From positions 11,285-75,284 of the IMG/VR virus record IMGVR_UViG_3300002220_000029: a stretch of 64,000 bases of DNA; one strand, written 5' to 3'. Source of the stretch: a virus (lineage: Duplodnaviria; Caudoviricetes). Below, piece by piece: positions 8,401 to 17,881 of the stretch. Position numbers and translations under genes: made by a program. The stretch's first letter is position 1, and every line of letters begins with the position of its first letter. The notes beneath the pieces were generated by a model. It was not told where the DNA came from, ran no database searches, and saw only the letters and a program-made list of their open reading frames with translations.

Positions 8401-11017
8401 TACCAATATTATGGGTCTTGTCAATCAAATGGTTCGTGGATATGGAGAATTTGCTGGAACTGGTACCATCGGAGAATACACAACAGCAGCCTTTAAACAA
8501 AACCAAAAAGCAATGGAAGGCTTCTTTGGAATGGCATTTTCTATTATGGCTGACCCAATATCGCAGTTATTCAAAAGCAAGTTAGTGAATAATGTGACTA
8601 ACTTTCTATTTGGAGGAAAAGTAAAATCCTATGGAACAGTTTCGAGCGGATTGGAAACTGGAGCAGCAAGTGTTGGAAATTTGGCAGCTGGCCAGGATGT
8701 ATCAGCAGCAATATGGGATACCCAAGCCTATAAGAAATCAGGTAGTATTTTTAGCAGCAGCAAAAGGTGGCAAGTCACTTATTGGCAGGCGGTGGATGCT
8801 CAAACACAAGATTTGATTACAAAAGTTTACGAAAATATTGGAAACACACTGATAGAACTGACCAGGATGCTTGGTACTGATATGCAGAAGACGTTAAATT
8901 ATGTCCTGCCAGGACTTCATGTAGAATTGAAAGGGCTGTCTGGAGAGGAAATAAATAAGAAGCTCAAAGAAGAGTTCTCTGCAATGGGAGACAGGGCTGT
9001 TGATGCTTTGTTTGGCCACATATTGAGGCAATATCAAAAAGTCAATGAAGGGCTATTGGAAACTGCAACAAGAGTCGTGACTGACATGGTAGTTGTTCAA
9101 TCTGTTCTTGGCATGACAAACCAAAAATTTGCTGAGTTTGGCAGGGTAGTGATGGAAGGAAACATGGCTGTTTTTCTAAGTATGGAACAAGCAGCAACGG
9201 TAACAACATATTTTGATGCAGCATTGGGCAAATGGGTCGTTACTTGGAAATTGACAAAAGCTGAAATCATTGCCATGACAGAGGAAATGATTGAGCTTGC
9301 TGGTGGTCTTGATAAATTGACAGAGGCAGCAGAAACTTACTATGATGCCTTCTTTGATGAAGGAGAAAAATTTGTCAAGACGCAGAAAATATTGACAGAG
9401 AATCTCGCTGATTATAACTTGCAAGTGCCCAAAGCTCGAGATGGGTGGAGAGACCTTGTTGAAGCACAGGATTTAATGACTAAATCAGGAAGAGAAACAT
9501 ATGTGGCCTTGCTGCAAATGTCGGAAGCGGCTGATCAGCTTTACAGCTATCTGGATAATCTGATTGACAAAGTCAAAGATGCCAGAGAAAGTATGCAATT
9601 GGCTAATAGGTCTATTGATGAGCAAAGAATGACCTTCAAAAGAGCCACAGACACAGTAAAGACAGCATTGGTCATGTCATGGAGCGGTGATTTCTCTTGG
9701 GGTGACAGCGAGATTGTTGACAAGGCTCTTGATACGGTATCAAGTATTTCCACAAATACATATGCAGACAAGATGAGTTATGAAAGGGATTATTGGAAGA
9801 CTTATAATCTCCTTGCAGAGCTTGAGGCTGCTGCCGGTGGAGAAATCTCATATGAAGACCAAATGGTCAATCTTACAGAGCAAGAGATTCAGATATTGGA
9901 ATCTATTCACAGAGCAATAACAGGACAGGCAACAACTGTATCTGTTGGAAATTATACATTCCCAAATAGCACCGCCACCACAGGTGGAACAACCACCACA
10001 GGAGGAACTGTTACGACAGGAACTCCATATACAAACCCAACAGCAGCGGCATATGCACCTGAAATTGCAATACCAGAATCGTTAAGAGCATTCCTTAAAT
10101 CTGGCCAGGCGTGGGCTGCAAGTTTATTGATGCCTGGTGATTGGCTAAAATGGTTTCAAGCAATGTTTGCTGGTGGATTTGATATCACCAAAGCCGTGCA
10201 ATCAGTCAAAGGTTATGCCGAAGGCGGAGTCCACACAGGTGGCTGGCGTGTTGTCGGAGAAAAAGGACCTGAGCTTGAATACACAGGCGCAAGCAGGATA
10301 TTCAGCAACGATGATACAAAGAGCATTTTTGATACGGCTGCCATTATAGAAGAACTGAATAAGATCGAGGAGAACACCAGACCATCCGACGAGGAAGAAT
10401 CTGTATATGCATTGCTGAGACAACAATTAAAAATGATTTCCAAAGACGAAATGGAATTTAATAAGAAAGCACATAAAAATTCCTATGAACAATCATCAAG
10501 GTCGTTACTGTATCAGATCCTAACGGCTGGTTTGCAAAAGACAGAAGTTGATCTGACCGAGACAGGACAATCAATATTATTGGCTACAGTCACAGGTATA
10601 ACCCAGACTATCGATTTGACACAGGCCATTATTGATGCTACCAATGAAATGAATCAAATTCTTGCCAATATAGCTGCTGGATTGGTTAAAACACCAGCCA
10701 CAACAGGCACAACAACTACCGTTCAAGGCCATCAAGCAGGCGGAAGCCACACAGGTGGCTGGCGTGTTGTTGGTGAAGGCGGTCCTGAATTGGAATTTAC
10801 CCCTGCAAGCACAATATACAGTAATGCTCAAAGCAAAAAGATGCTTGATAATACTGAGGTTGTTTCTGAATTGAGGGCAGTCAAAGTGGAGTTGAAGACA
10901 TTAAGATCAGATTTAGCAGCAGCCAATTATGCCATAGCAAAGAATACAAACAAGTCGGCAAAGGTGGCAGAGCGGTGGGATGTTGACGGTCTACCTGCCG
11001 AAAGGACTTATACATGA
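5468..11017 (+). CDS. tape measure protein
   Basis: 1849 aa, Ala/Lys/Glu-rich helical, follows the G/GT chaperones; duplicated C-terminal GG.HTGGWRVVGE.GPELE motif. Confidence 0.93.
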   Translation: MAGIKIKISTEEAQTATKKLSTDLEKLGATSKLTEAQIAKLQSRMTEKMGMDKASDAINRVAQSVGMSSKEIEKFHATLAPPGFAERVTSGFNRIKANWMALAGTAFAVGIAINQAFSYAKLGASAQQAEESFRIVAFAAKENANEIVDAMTRVSQETVDNSDIMQKAVKGMVMGLKGNEIVKIMEVARTSARIAGEDIKTAYENITDAISTNMPRSLKRYGLIAKEELALVNKAIAAGIEDIDLLGLVLSRAAVQQAKMGPLALSTAENLQKFQAQVQQLKEDIGKGLIWVLQELFGVFQAVAAGVLTVASGFAYLVGGVNDLQSKLAGFRGNKKVEAELKGLADAAYKVGEDLYGASVELANKSAQNIAGVDKVIGEADQKAIARAEANHKKFIKNMSDKIKAQQGAAKAAQAYAAALEDINNAIAKSEAELQMIGKVGFEKEIHRINLEVEKYKAKGISGVKTERYATLEILKIKKALQVEITELIRKTDLETQAIGKTAYEQELVRIQGEVEKYRKAGAEKVQIAKLTASMVAKVNAEAKEQFKEMDKSTLGFGETENERQIRQLILDNEKKVKQIQAWMQGGTIGGEKAPETKSVDSQILDVNQRSLGIEIDQLNSLRAIEAKLTGKPEPTPVPQPKPISEPIPVKKVPPAVGQEEGQALIDRVNEETRQAQQKLDYDKLKKEEEYYATIKGYEDVAFQKKMQRIELEKQMHLASYEAIAAAAKKSADASSDAAAKAVNAADAAIAAMDAAVLAGDNIPQKDRDDAAKASKDAKAALAKADAAAEKSMKSQNTLLQEQTAAEAKALQETGKAKQDVWDANSAEVNAGINSMITAFQAIGSMYDENSKEYAMMQDAAKAMIVLQQAVAVANAVAAIANQGLGDPYTAFARIAAMVAAMGALLATIGKSIGGGSSISARKKEQAEYMAKPESTVLGAKRGTASESLEKSWEILEDMYDLQYHELKGIHSSMKLLNTNIMGLVNQMVRGYGEFAGTGTIGEYTTAAFKQNQKAMEGFFGMAFSIMADPISQLFKSKLVNNVTNFLFGGKVKSYGTVSSGLETGAASVGNLAAGQDVSAAIWDTQAYKKSGSIFSSSKRWQVTYWQAVDAQTQDLITKVYENIGNTLIELTRMLGTDMQKTLNYVLPGLHVELKGLSGEEINKKLKEEFSAMGDRAVDALFGHILRQYQKVNEGLLETATRVVTDMVVVQSVLGMTNQKFAEFGRVVMEGNMAVFLSMEQAATVTTYFDAALGKWVVTWKLTKAEIIAMTEEMIELAGGLDKLTEAAETYYDAFFDEGEKFVKTQKILTENLADYNLQVPKARDGWRDLVEAQDLMTKSGRETYVALLQMSEAADQLYSYLDNLIDKVKDARESMQLANRSIDEQRMTFKRATDTVKTALVMSWSGDFSWGDSEIVDKALDTVSSISTNTYADKMSYERDYWKTYNLLAELEAAAGGEISYEDQMVNLTEQEIQILESIHRAITGQATTVSVGNYTFPNSTATTGGTTTTGGTVTTGTPYTNPTAAAYAPEIAIPESLRAFLKSGQAWAASLLMPGDWLKWFQAMFAGGFDITKAVQSVKGYAEGGVHTGGWRVVGEKGPELEYTGASRIFSNDDTKSIFDTAAIIEELNKIEENTRPSDEEESVYALLRQQLKMISKDEMEFNKKAHKNSYEQSSRSLLYQILTAGLQKTEVDLTETGQSILLATVTGITQTIDLTQAIIDATNEMNQILANIAAGLVKTPATTGTTTTVQGHQAGGSHTGGWRVVGEGGPELEFTPASTIYSNAQSKKMLDNTEVVSELRAVKVELKTLRSDLAAANYAIAKNTNKSAKVAERWDVDGLPAERTYT

Positions 11018-11910
11018 AATTGATACCACCAATCACGATAACGGATGTTGAGTTTCATGATTCAACTATCACAGAGCCCAGTGTGGACGAATTAGCTGAC
11101 GTCAATTACAGAGGCGAGTGGAATGCTGGTGTGACTTATACTGTAAATGCTCTTGTTATTGTTGTGGCTGATCATAAAAGGTATATCTCATTACAAAATG
11201 GCAATGTTGGCTACACCCCAGGTGGAGCTGGCAACGAGGCATGGTGGTCAGATGATGGATATACGGATCGTTGGAAGGTATTTGATGCTGTTGTTGGTTC
11301 ACAGGCAACATTAACATCAGCCATCACATATGAATTAGATCCAGGACCAATTGACAGTGTTGCTCTTTTGAATATTGAGGCAGGAACAACTACAGTTACA
11401 ATGACAGATGTTGGTGGTGCAGGGGATCCTATTATTTGGACAGAAACAACAAAGGTTGATGGAATGCTCGTTTCTGATGTTGCCTATACAGATTTTCCTT
11501 TGACATATTTGACACCACACATTGTGATTGAATTGTCTATTCCAGCAACGGGTGATTCTGTTAAAATAGGAGAAATCATTGTTGGGCAGAAGGAATCTTT
11601 GGGCAACACAAAGTATATACCATCGGTTGGTATTACTGATTATAGCATCAAAGAGGTTGATGATTTTGGAAATTATACAGTGTTGGAAAGAGCATATTCG
11701 AAAAGGCTTTCATGCGCCACCAATATCTTAAATACACAGTTGGATGCTGTTTATAATGTTCTTGCCTCTTACCGAGCGCAGCCTGTGGTGTGGATTGGCC
11801 ATGAAGACTATGCCAGTATGATCGTTTATGGTTTTTATAAAGATTTTAGTATTGAGATTGCTTATTTGAAATATAGCGTATGCACATTGGAGATTGAGGG
11901 TCTTGTTTAA
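11014..11910 (+). CDS. tail tip protein (Dit-like) with small carbohydrate-binding-like insert
   Basis: Immediately after the tape measure (ATGA overlap); WNAGVTYTVNALV CBM5/12-like motif; paralogous to the next gene. Confidence 0.6.
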   Translation: MKLIPPITITDVEFHDSTITEPSVDELADVNYRGEWNAGVTYTVNALVIVVADHKRYISLQNGNVGYTPGGAGNEAWWSDDGYTDRWKVFDAVVGSQATLTSAITYELDPGPIDSVALLNIEAGTTTVTMTDVGGAGDPIIWTETTKVDGMLVSDVAYTDFPLTYLTPHIVIELSIPATGDSVKIGEIIVGQKESLGNTKYIPSVGITDYSIKEVDDFGNYTVLERAYSKRLSCATNILNTQLDAVYNVLASYRAQPVVWIGHEDYASMIVYGFYKDFSIEIAYLKYSVCTLEIEGLV

Positions 11911-13529
11911 TGCAAATAATTCTGCCATCATATATCACAGATGATCTTTTGATTTCCTGTGATGCTCCAGAGGATGATCCCAACATTCCAGAGTGGGATT
12001 CAACTGTGGAATATATTACTGGACAAAGGGTTGCCGTCACAGATCCTGGTGTCCACAATGTATATGAGGCTGTTTGGCACACGCCTTCAAATCTCAATTA
12101 CTATCCTCCTGATAATCTTGTTGGAACTCCTCCTTGGTGGATGTTAATCGGAGCAACAAACAGATGGAAACTGTTTGATATGATTGTTGCGCCTGAACGA
12201 TGTGAGGTTGCCAACAATAATCCCGGTTGTGCTTGGGAAGCTGCCAGTTTATGGGAAGCCGGAACCACTTGGGCAACCTTTTCATACACAACGATGCAGG
12301 TAACAGTTTTGCCTGGTGAGATTGACTCCGTTGCCATAATGAACTCTGATGTCACTTCTGTAACGGTTGTTATGGAGGATTTGGGCGAAGCTGTTCATTA
12401 TGAAACAAATGTCCCAACAACAACAGCATTTAACAATTTGCTATTTCAGGATTTGCCTTCATACCCAAATGCAACTGTTCAGGTGATATTGCGAAATTCA
12501 ACAGCAGCCACAATATCCATTGGTGAAATTGTATTTGGCATGGAACAATATTTGGGCAGGACAAAATATGGTGTTGGTGTTGGTCTTACGGATTATTCTA
12601 TAAAACAAGCAGATGAATGGGGCAACTTCTCAATATTGGAAAGATCATTTTCAAAAAGGATTGATTGCAACTTTACAATGGAAACATCAGCCCACTCTGG
12701 CGTTATGCGGCTGCTGGAGAAATATAGATCGATCCCGTTGGTTTGGATTGTTAGTGATTTGTATTCAACTACAATCATATATGGATTCTACAGAGATTTT
12801 GAAATATCAATTCCATATCTCAACATGGCAGAATGTGCATTGAATATTGAAGGTCTTGGTGCCGATTTGGTTTATGCAACACCTGCCACAGATGATTGGT
12901 CACCTCCTTGGTCTGGTTATTTGGAATTGGAGACATTGGAATTACCTTCGCTTGATAGTGTTACGATGGCAACAATAGATGCAATACCTGTATCGACAGA
13001 TCTTTTGGAATTAACCACTTTTGATTTGCCTACATTTGAATATCCGAGAGGATTGCAGTATCTGTATTTGAAACTGGGCACCTGCACCATCTCAAGTGCC
13101 GAGCCCACCGTGATAACTTTTGCTGGTCATGGGCTGCCTAATAATCACAGAGTTCTTTTCCATGCAGGAACAGCCGATGCACTGGATATGTTGCCTTCTC
13201 CGTTGAGTCCTGATCAAGTGTATTATGCAGAAAATGCTGCAATCGATACATTCAACATTACATTGACTATTTTAGGATCAACTATTGATACAACTGATGA
13301 TGGACAAGGCGTATTTACACTTTATAAAAGTAATGATTATTACATTGATGCCGATTCCTGTTCACATGCACATAGTGCTGATGGTCCTGTAGTATCAAAT
13401 GCAGTGTTAGGAATGGATTCTACACATTCATTAGTATCAGATAATGTTATTGTACAACCGATTCTTTTAATAATTGGTGGCTCAAATCATTCATTGGTAT
13501 CCGATAATCTTGAACTGGTTGAAAGCTGA
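11910..13529 (+). CDS. tail tip protein, paralog of preceding gene with C-terminal extension
   Basis: Shares TNRWKLFD/TDRWKVFD, G(I/L)TDYSIK..D..GN...LER..SKR, YGFY.DF.I.I.Y motifs; extra beta-rich C-terminal domain (CTISSAEPTVITFAGHGL). Confidence 0.65.
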   Translation: MQIILPSYITDDLLISCDAPEDDPNIPEWDSTVEYITGQRVAVTDPGVHNVYEAVWHTPSNLNYYPPDNLVGTPPWWMLIGATNRWKLFDMIVAPERCEVANNNPGCAWEAASLWEAGTTWATFSYTTMQVTVLPGEIDSVAIMNSDVTSVTVVMEDLGEAVHYETNVPTTTAFNNLLFQDLPSYPNATVQVILRNSTAATISIGEIVFGMEQYLGRTKYGVGVGLTDYSIKQADEWGNFSILERSFSKRIDCNFTMETSAHSGVMRLLEKYRSIPLVWIVSDLYSTTIIYGFYRDFEISIPYLNMAECALNIEGLGADLVYATPATDDWSPPWSGYLELETLELPSLDSVTMATIDAIPVSTDLLELTTFDLPTFEYPRGLQYLYLKLGTCTISSAEPTVITFAGHGLPNNHRVLFHAGTADALDMLPSPLSPDQVYYAENAAIDTFNITLTILGSTIDTTDDGQGVFTLYKSNDYYIDADSCSHAHSADGPVVSNAVLGMDSTHSLVSDNVIVQPILLIIGGSNHSLVSDNLELVES

Positions 13530-13543
13530 CAAAGGAGACGAAA

Positions 13544-14701
13544 ATGAGGTATAAATTAAAAACAGATTTTGAAATGCCAAAATTGCATATAAGGATGACG
13601 GTTGAAAAGGATGGCCAAATAATAAGTGATAGATATGAAGAAGGCCATAGCTGGACAACCAATGCATACCATTTTTACCAATCATTTATGCTTGATGCTC
13701 TGGTGGATAGCAATTTATATGCAAGAGATACATCTGGAGTGATTTATGTAGCAAACCAATTCGCAAGGTGGGGAACTGCTGCTGCCTACGGATTTTATAA
13801 TAATGCAAACAATTTGAGTTTTGGAATTGTTATTGGAACAGGAACAGCAGCTTTTCATTTAGAAGATTATAAATTAGAAACAGATATTCAACATGGCAAT
13901 ACAACTGACTGTCTATATTACCAAGCACAGATTGCTCCTGTTGTAACATATTCTGGTGATCCTGATTACACACAAAACATTTTACACAAAAGAGTTTTCA
14001 ATAACAATTCAGGAGCATCAATTACTGTCAACGAGGTGGGGATTACTTATCGAGAGTTCGGCAATCATTATATTTTATTGAGCCGTGATGTTCTTGGTGT
14101 ACCTACTGAGGTGGTCAATGGGGCACAATTAACCACAACAATTTCTATCACAACCCCATCTTTGGAAGCAATCCACAGCGAGCATAATATTGCCCTTGGT
14201 GCTCTTGGTTCTGGTGGAATATACATGGGCTGGTATGATTATACAATAGAAAACCAATCTCCTGGTAGTCATAGAAAATATGGATTGATATTAGCTCCTG
14301 TAAGCAGTGAAAGTGCTGGGGTTGTCTGGTGTAATCCGACACAAACAGTCGTACAAAAACATTATTATGGACAGCCTGTAACGGCATTGTTAGAAGCCCT
14401 TGGTGCAATTTCTCCATTGGGACAATATGTGACAGCGCAAAATGCGGCTGTTCTTGGTGGATTTTCAGATTGGTATGTTCCAGGGATATATGAATTTGGT
14501 AGATATTATACTATACGAGCATCCATACCTGGCGGAGAGGGATCTACAAACGACAGTTATTGGAGTTCTACCAGCAATGGTCCTTTCGCTTATACCTACA
14601 ATCCAGTAACAAATTCTGTCTACTCTGGCACGACGCAAACAGCAAGTGCCAAGATACGGCTCTTCAGAAGATTTTTACTTTCAACATGGACACCTGCATA
14701 A
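13544..14701 (+). CDS. tail fibre/receptor-binding protein with DUF1566-like (C-type lectin fold) C-terminus
   Basis: GFSDWYVP...E...YWSST...AY...N...IRLFRR pattern at the C-terminus. Confidence 0.6.
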   Translation: MRYKLKTDFEMPKLHIRMTVEKDGQIISDRYEEGHSWTTNAYHFYQSFMLDALVDSNLYARDTSGVIYVANQFARWGTAAAYGFYNNANNLSFGIVIGTGTAAFHLEDYKLETDIQHGNTTDCLYYQAQIAPVVTYSGDPDYTQNILHKRVFNNNSGASITVNEVGITYREFGNHYILLSRDVLGVPTEVVNGAQLTTTISITTPSLEAIHSEHNIALGALGSGGIYMGWYDYTIENQSPGSHRKYGLILAPVSSESAGVVWCNPTQTVVQKHYYGQPVTALLEALGAISPLGQYVTAQNAAVLGGFSDWYVPGIYEFGRYYTIRASIPGGEGSTNDSYWSSTSNGPFAYTYNPVTNSVYSGTTQTASAKIRLFRRFLLSTWTPA

Positions 14702-14712
14702 AGGAGTATGTT

Positions 14713-15114
14713 ATGTATAATATATCAATGAAAGTTGGCAATAAAACAATTTCTGGCATTTTGGAAGATAATAATTTGACATCAGAACAGATACAATCAA
14801 AAGGTTGGACTATTTTGAGGGATGCTGTAGAGATCCACGCTCCTCATGTTCTCCGTAGCGACAAAGGTAAATCAGAACTTCCCACCATTGAGTATGAGGA
14901 AATAATTGAACCTCAACAAGAAGTAGAACCAGCCAAAGAAAAGGTCTATGAATTGCCAGATTTAACCAGTCTTTCAAGGAAGCAACTTTTGGAACAGAAA
15001 ATATTAGCAGAAAGGAAGTTGCAAAAGATAGAGGAGACTTTGGTTGAACATGAAAAGCTGGAAAAGGAAGAAATTGAAGGCAGTCTTAAAGAAGAAAGAG
15101 AAAAGGGAGAATAA
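14713..15114 (+). CDS. hypothetical protein (acidic, coiled-coil C-terminus)
   Basis: AAGGAG RBS before ATG 14713 (the ORF track start at 14560 overlaps the upstream gene). Confidence 0.6.
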   Translation: MYNISMKVGNKTISGILEDNNLTSEQIQSKGWTILRDAVEIHAPHVLRSDKGKSELPTIEYEEIIEPQQEVEPAKEKVYELPDLTSLSRKQLLEQKILAERKLQKIEETLVEHEKLEKEEIEGSLKEEREKGE

Positions 15115-15116
15115 CC

Positions 15117-15455
15117 ATGGCTGATCGAATGGTATTTTTTAGAACGACAACATCAGGTGGGGCTGGTGGATCTGTTGATGTTATTGATGGTGATGATAGA
15201 GGAGACACAAATCCTCTGCAGGATGGAGATGCCGCTATTGTTCTGACTGATGCTGGTTATTATTATCTTTATATTCTTGATGATGATTTAGCTGGTGCTG
15301 AGGATCTCCCAAACATTATTGCACCAGACACAAATGCTGGAGATAAGAGATGGGTATTGAAATCTTCACCATATATTCTATCAGGAACAACAGCAACAGC
15401 ACCTTCTGCAACTGGGGTTCCTGATGGTGCAATTTATTTTAAATACACACCATAA
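15117..15455 (+). CDS. putative virion structural protein
   Basis: 112 aa, Gly/Asp-rich, in the tail operon. Confidence 0.55.
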   Translation: MADRMVFFRTTTSGGAGGSVDVIDGDDRGDTNPLQDGDAAIVLTDAGYYYLYILDDDLAGAEDLPNIIAPDTNAGDKRWVLKSSPYILSGTTATAPSATGVPDGAIYFKYTP

Positions 15456-15467
15456 AGGAGGCCGGGA

Positions 15468-15599
15468 ATGGAAGAAGAAAAGAAAAATACTGTTTTAGAG
15501 GTTCAGAATGGTTTTATTGATGTGACAAAGATTTTCAAAATGACTTGGAAACCCAAAGATAAAAAGGAGGTAAAGGAAGATGCCAAAAGCAGTACATGA
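15468..15599 (+). CDS. small hypothetical protein (43 aa, MEEEKKNTVLEVQNG...)
   Basis: AAGGAGG RBS; fills the gap and overlaps the next start. Confidence 0.5.
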   Translation: MEEEKKNTVLEVQNGFIDVTKIFKMTWKPKDKKEVKEDAKSST

Positions 15600-15963
15600 T
15601 GATGTTTTAGATGGTGCATTGTTGGTTATTAAAAACAATGCCACACAAATCAGCGTTTGTGGTCCAACTCAGCCTGCAACCTATGGAGAAGCGACAACAG
15701 GAACCACTTACATGATTGCTATTGATTCGGCGTTGGATACCAATGATTTTGTAATTGCTGATGACGTTGGTGGTGGCAGAAAAGTAACAATTGGAGAGCA
15801 GGCAGCCCTCAATGTTACCGCAACGGCTTCAGCGGATTATGTGTGTCTTTGTGATGTGGATGATCGGTTGCTTTATGTAACCACTTGCACCGAGCAAGTG
15901 TTGACAGCAGGCAATACGGTGACAATTCCGGCATGGACAATAACAATTGGTGATCCCACATAA
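15580..15963 (+). CDS. putative virion structural protein
   Basis: 127 aa beta-rich, ends TVTIPAWTITIGDPT, a pattern seen in phage tail-associated proteins. Confidence 0.6.
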   Translation: MPKAVHDDVLDGALLVIKNNATQISVCGPTQPATYGEATTGTTYMIAIDSALDTNDFVIADDVGGGRKVTIGEQAALNVTATASADYVCLCDVDDRLLYVTTCTEQVLTAGNTVTIPAWTITIGDPT

Positions 15964-15972
15964 GGACTTGCA

Positions 15973-16500
15973 ATGGCTAATATATTCAATGATTTTGAAT
16001 TATTAGATTTCATCAATCTTGATGAAATGATGTGGGAAGGAGAGGCAGGAGAGTCCTTAACTGTAGCTTCTTCCGTTCATGCATTAAGTTCTGATAATTT
16101 GGATTTGTTACTTGGATCCATCAGCACCCACAATTCTGTTCATGCATTAAGCTCAACCATCCCTAATCTGGTACAAGATTATTCGCTTGGAGTGAATAAT
16201 ACTGCCCATTCATTGACTGATTTTGGAGCAATTGTATCATGGCTTCAAACATTAGTGATTGATGATGCGGACCATCCGCTAAATTCAGACAGCATTGCTG
16301 TTGTCCAAGCTTATATTCTTGTCATTGATAATGCGATCGATGCCTTGACAAGTGATGATATAGCATTAAGGACAGTAGCATTTCAATTATTGGTATCAGG
16401 AAGTTGGAAGTTGGTAAGCTCAGCACAAATATTGAAAAGTGGTGTGTGGAAAGATGTTCAAACCATCAATGTTTTGGTTGGTGGTTCGTGGAAAGAATAA
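15973..16500 (+). CDS. putative tail fibre-associated repeat protein
   Basis: Repeated SVHALSSD/HSL.SD units like those at the C-terminus of 11910..13529; C-terminal SGSWK/SGVWK/GGSWK repeats. Confidence 0.55.
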   Translation: MANIFNDFELLDFINLDEMMWEGEAGESLTVASSVHALSSDNLDLLLGSISTHNSVHALSSTIPNLVQDYSLGVNNTAHSLTDFGAIVSWLQTLVIDDADHPLNSDSIAVVQAYILVIDNAIDALTSDDIALRTVAFQLLVSGSWKLVSSAQILKSGVWKDVQTINVLVGGSWKE

Positions 16501-16512
16501 AAGGAGGTTAAA

Positions 16513-16878
16513 ATGGCAAGCTCATCAGCAGTTAAAAGAAAACTATCAGGTAGCACAGACGGTAAAGCAATTAAGATCACACAGACCGCCACGGCAGGAG
16601 ATACGATTCACACAGCAGTGGCAGGAACGACGGATGGCACATACGACGAGATATGGCTGTGGGCCTACAACGGACATACTTCTGATGTTGCCCTAACCAT
16701 TGAGTTTGGTGGGGCATCCGTTCCTGACCAAAATATCGTTGTGACTATTCCGTTTAAGTCTGGTCTTGTGCCTGTGGTGCCAGGGCTTTTATTGCAGAAT
16801 GGCATGGTGGTGAAGGCGTTTGCTGGAAGCGCAAATGTAGTGACTTTGATAGGATTTGTTAATGCTATTACAGATTAA
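16513..16878 (+). CDS. putative virion structural protein
   Basis: AAGGAGG RBS; 121 aa beta-sandwich-like composition. Confidence 0.55.
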   Translation: MASSSAVKRKLSGSTDGKAIKITQTATAGDTIHTAVAGTTDGTYDEIWLWAYNGHTSDVALTIEFGGASVPDQNIVVTIPFKSGLVPVVPGLLLQNGMVVKAFAGSANVVTLIGFVNAITD

Positions 16879-16896
16879 AGAAGATGAGAGGTATTT

Positions 16897-17364
16897 ATGT
16901 TTTTTAAGATTGAAAAGACAGGGTGTGGTGAGTTTAAAGGAACAGTAGAAGTCAGATATGATTTATATCTTGATCCAAGTGATGCACGACACCATGAGCA
17001 TTACATAGATGTTCCTATTTTTCCTGAAGAAGATTACACAGGAGACCCAGGCAATTTTGCATCTTGGGTAGAAAGTCTACCTCACAAAAAACAGCACAAC
17101 CCATTTTGTTGTCATTTTGTTCAGTTCGATTATAACCAATGTAGTGATGAGGAAATTCTGGTAATGGGTGAGTATGTTTTGCAGGAGAAATATAAGCATT
17201 GGATTGATGAGGATCTTAGTAAACCTTTGAATAAACACAGAATGTTCCATCCGCATGATGAGGATAGAAGGAATCTGAGTCAAAAGAGGATTAATGAAAT
17301 CCTTACCATAGATTTTGTTAAGGTAAATACAATGAAAAAGCTAAAATGTAACATAAAGGATTAG
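16897..17364 (+). CDS. hypothetical protein
   Basis: GAGG RBS, 155 aa, in operon. Confidence 0.55.
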   Translation: MFFKIEKTGCGEFKGTVEVRYDLYLDPSDARHHEHYIDVPIFPEEDYTGDPGNFASWVESLPHKKQHNPFCCHFVQFDYNQCSDEEILVMGEYVLQEKYKHWIDEDLSKPLNKHRMFHPHDEDRRNLSQKRINEILTIDFVKVNTMKKLKCNIKD

Positions 17365-17367
17365 GCT

Positions 17368-17880
17368 ATGACCATTACAATAGGGTATCCCGCAGCAGTA
17401 TATGGATATATTCCCGCAATAACAAGCACAAGAATAAATTATGTTGGTCCTGCAAATTTAGCAGGTAATGTGGATACATTTGAGATTTATATGTACTCCA
17501 CAGGGTCAAATGTCAAGGTTGGAGTGTTCTATCAGAATGATACCGATGTTTTTACAAGAAGGGAGCAGACGACATTAGGAACTGTTAATACAGGCAGTAA
17601 ACAGACTTTTTCGGGAAAGGTTGTCGGCTGCGATATAAATGATTATGTAGGAATTTACGGCTCTGCAGGAAATATTTACGCAAACAATGTAAATAATAAT
17701 TATTACAAATCTGGCGACCAATTTGATGCAGGAGAACAAACATATTCAGTAAATGCCGGATACTGCATGGCTTTATATGCGACTGGCGTGGAATTGCCTG
17801 TTCATGCGTGTTATCTTAGGAAGGGACGCAGTAGACTATTTATTGCACAACCCCTCTCCTATAGAAATCAGGGAGAGTAA
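17368..17880 (+). CDS. Gly/Tyr/Asn-rich beta protein, tandem paralog 1 (possible receptor-binding/tail accessory)
   Basis: Aligns along its length with 17882..18412 (PANL.G, KVG.FY, LGTV..GSKQTF.GK, GDQF.AG.QTY.VN). Confidence 0.6.
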   Translation: MTITIGYPAAVYGYIPAITSTRINYVGPANLAGNVDTFEIYMYSTGSNVKVGVFYQNDTDVFTRREQTTLGTVNTGSKQTFSGKVVGCDINDYVGIYGSAGNIYANNVNNNYYKSGDQFDAGEQTYSVNAGYCMALYATGVELPVHACYLRKGRSRLFIAQPLSYRNQGE

Positions 17881-17881
17881 T

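Noticed and set aside
14400-14701. Diversity-generating retroelement
   Set aside because: No reverse transcriptase and no template repeat seen in the window; kept only as a low-score lead
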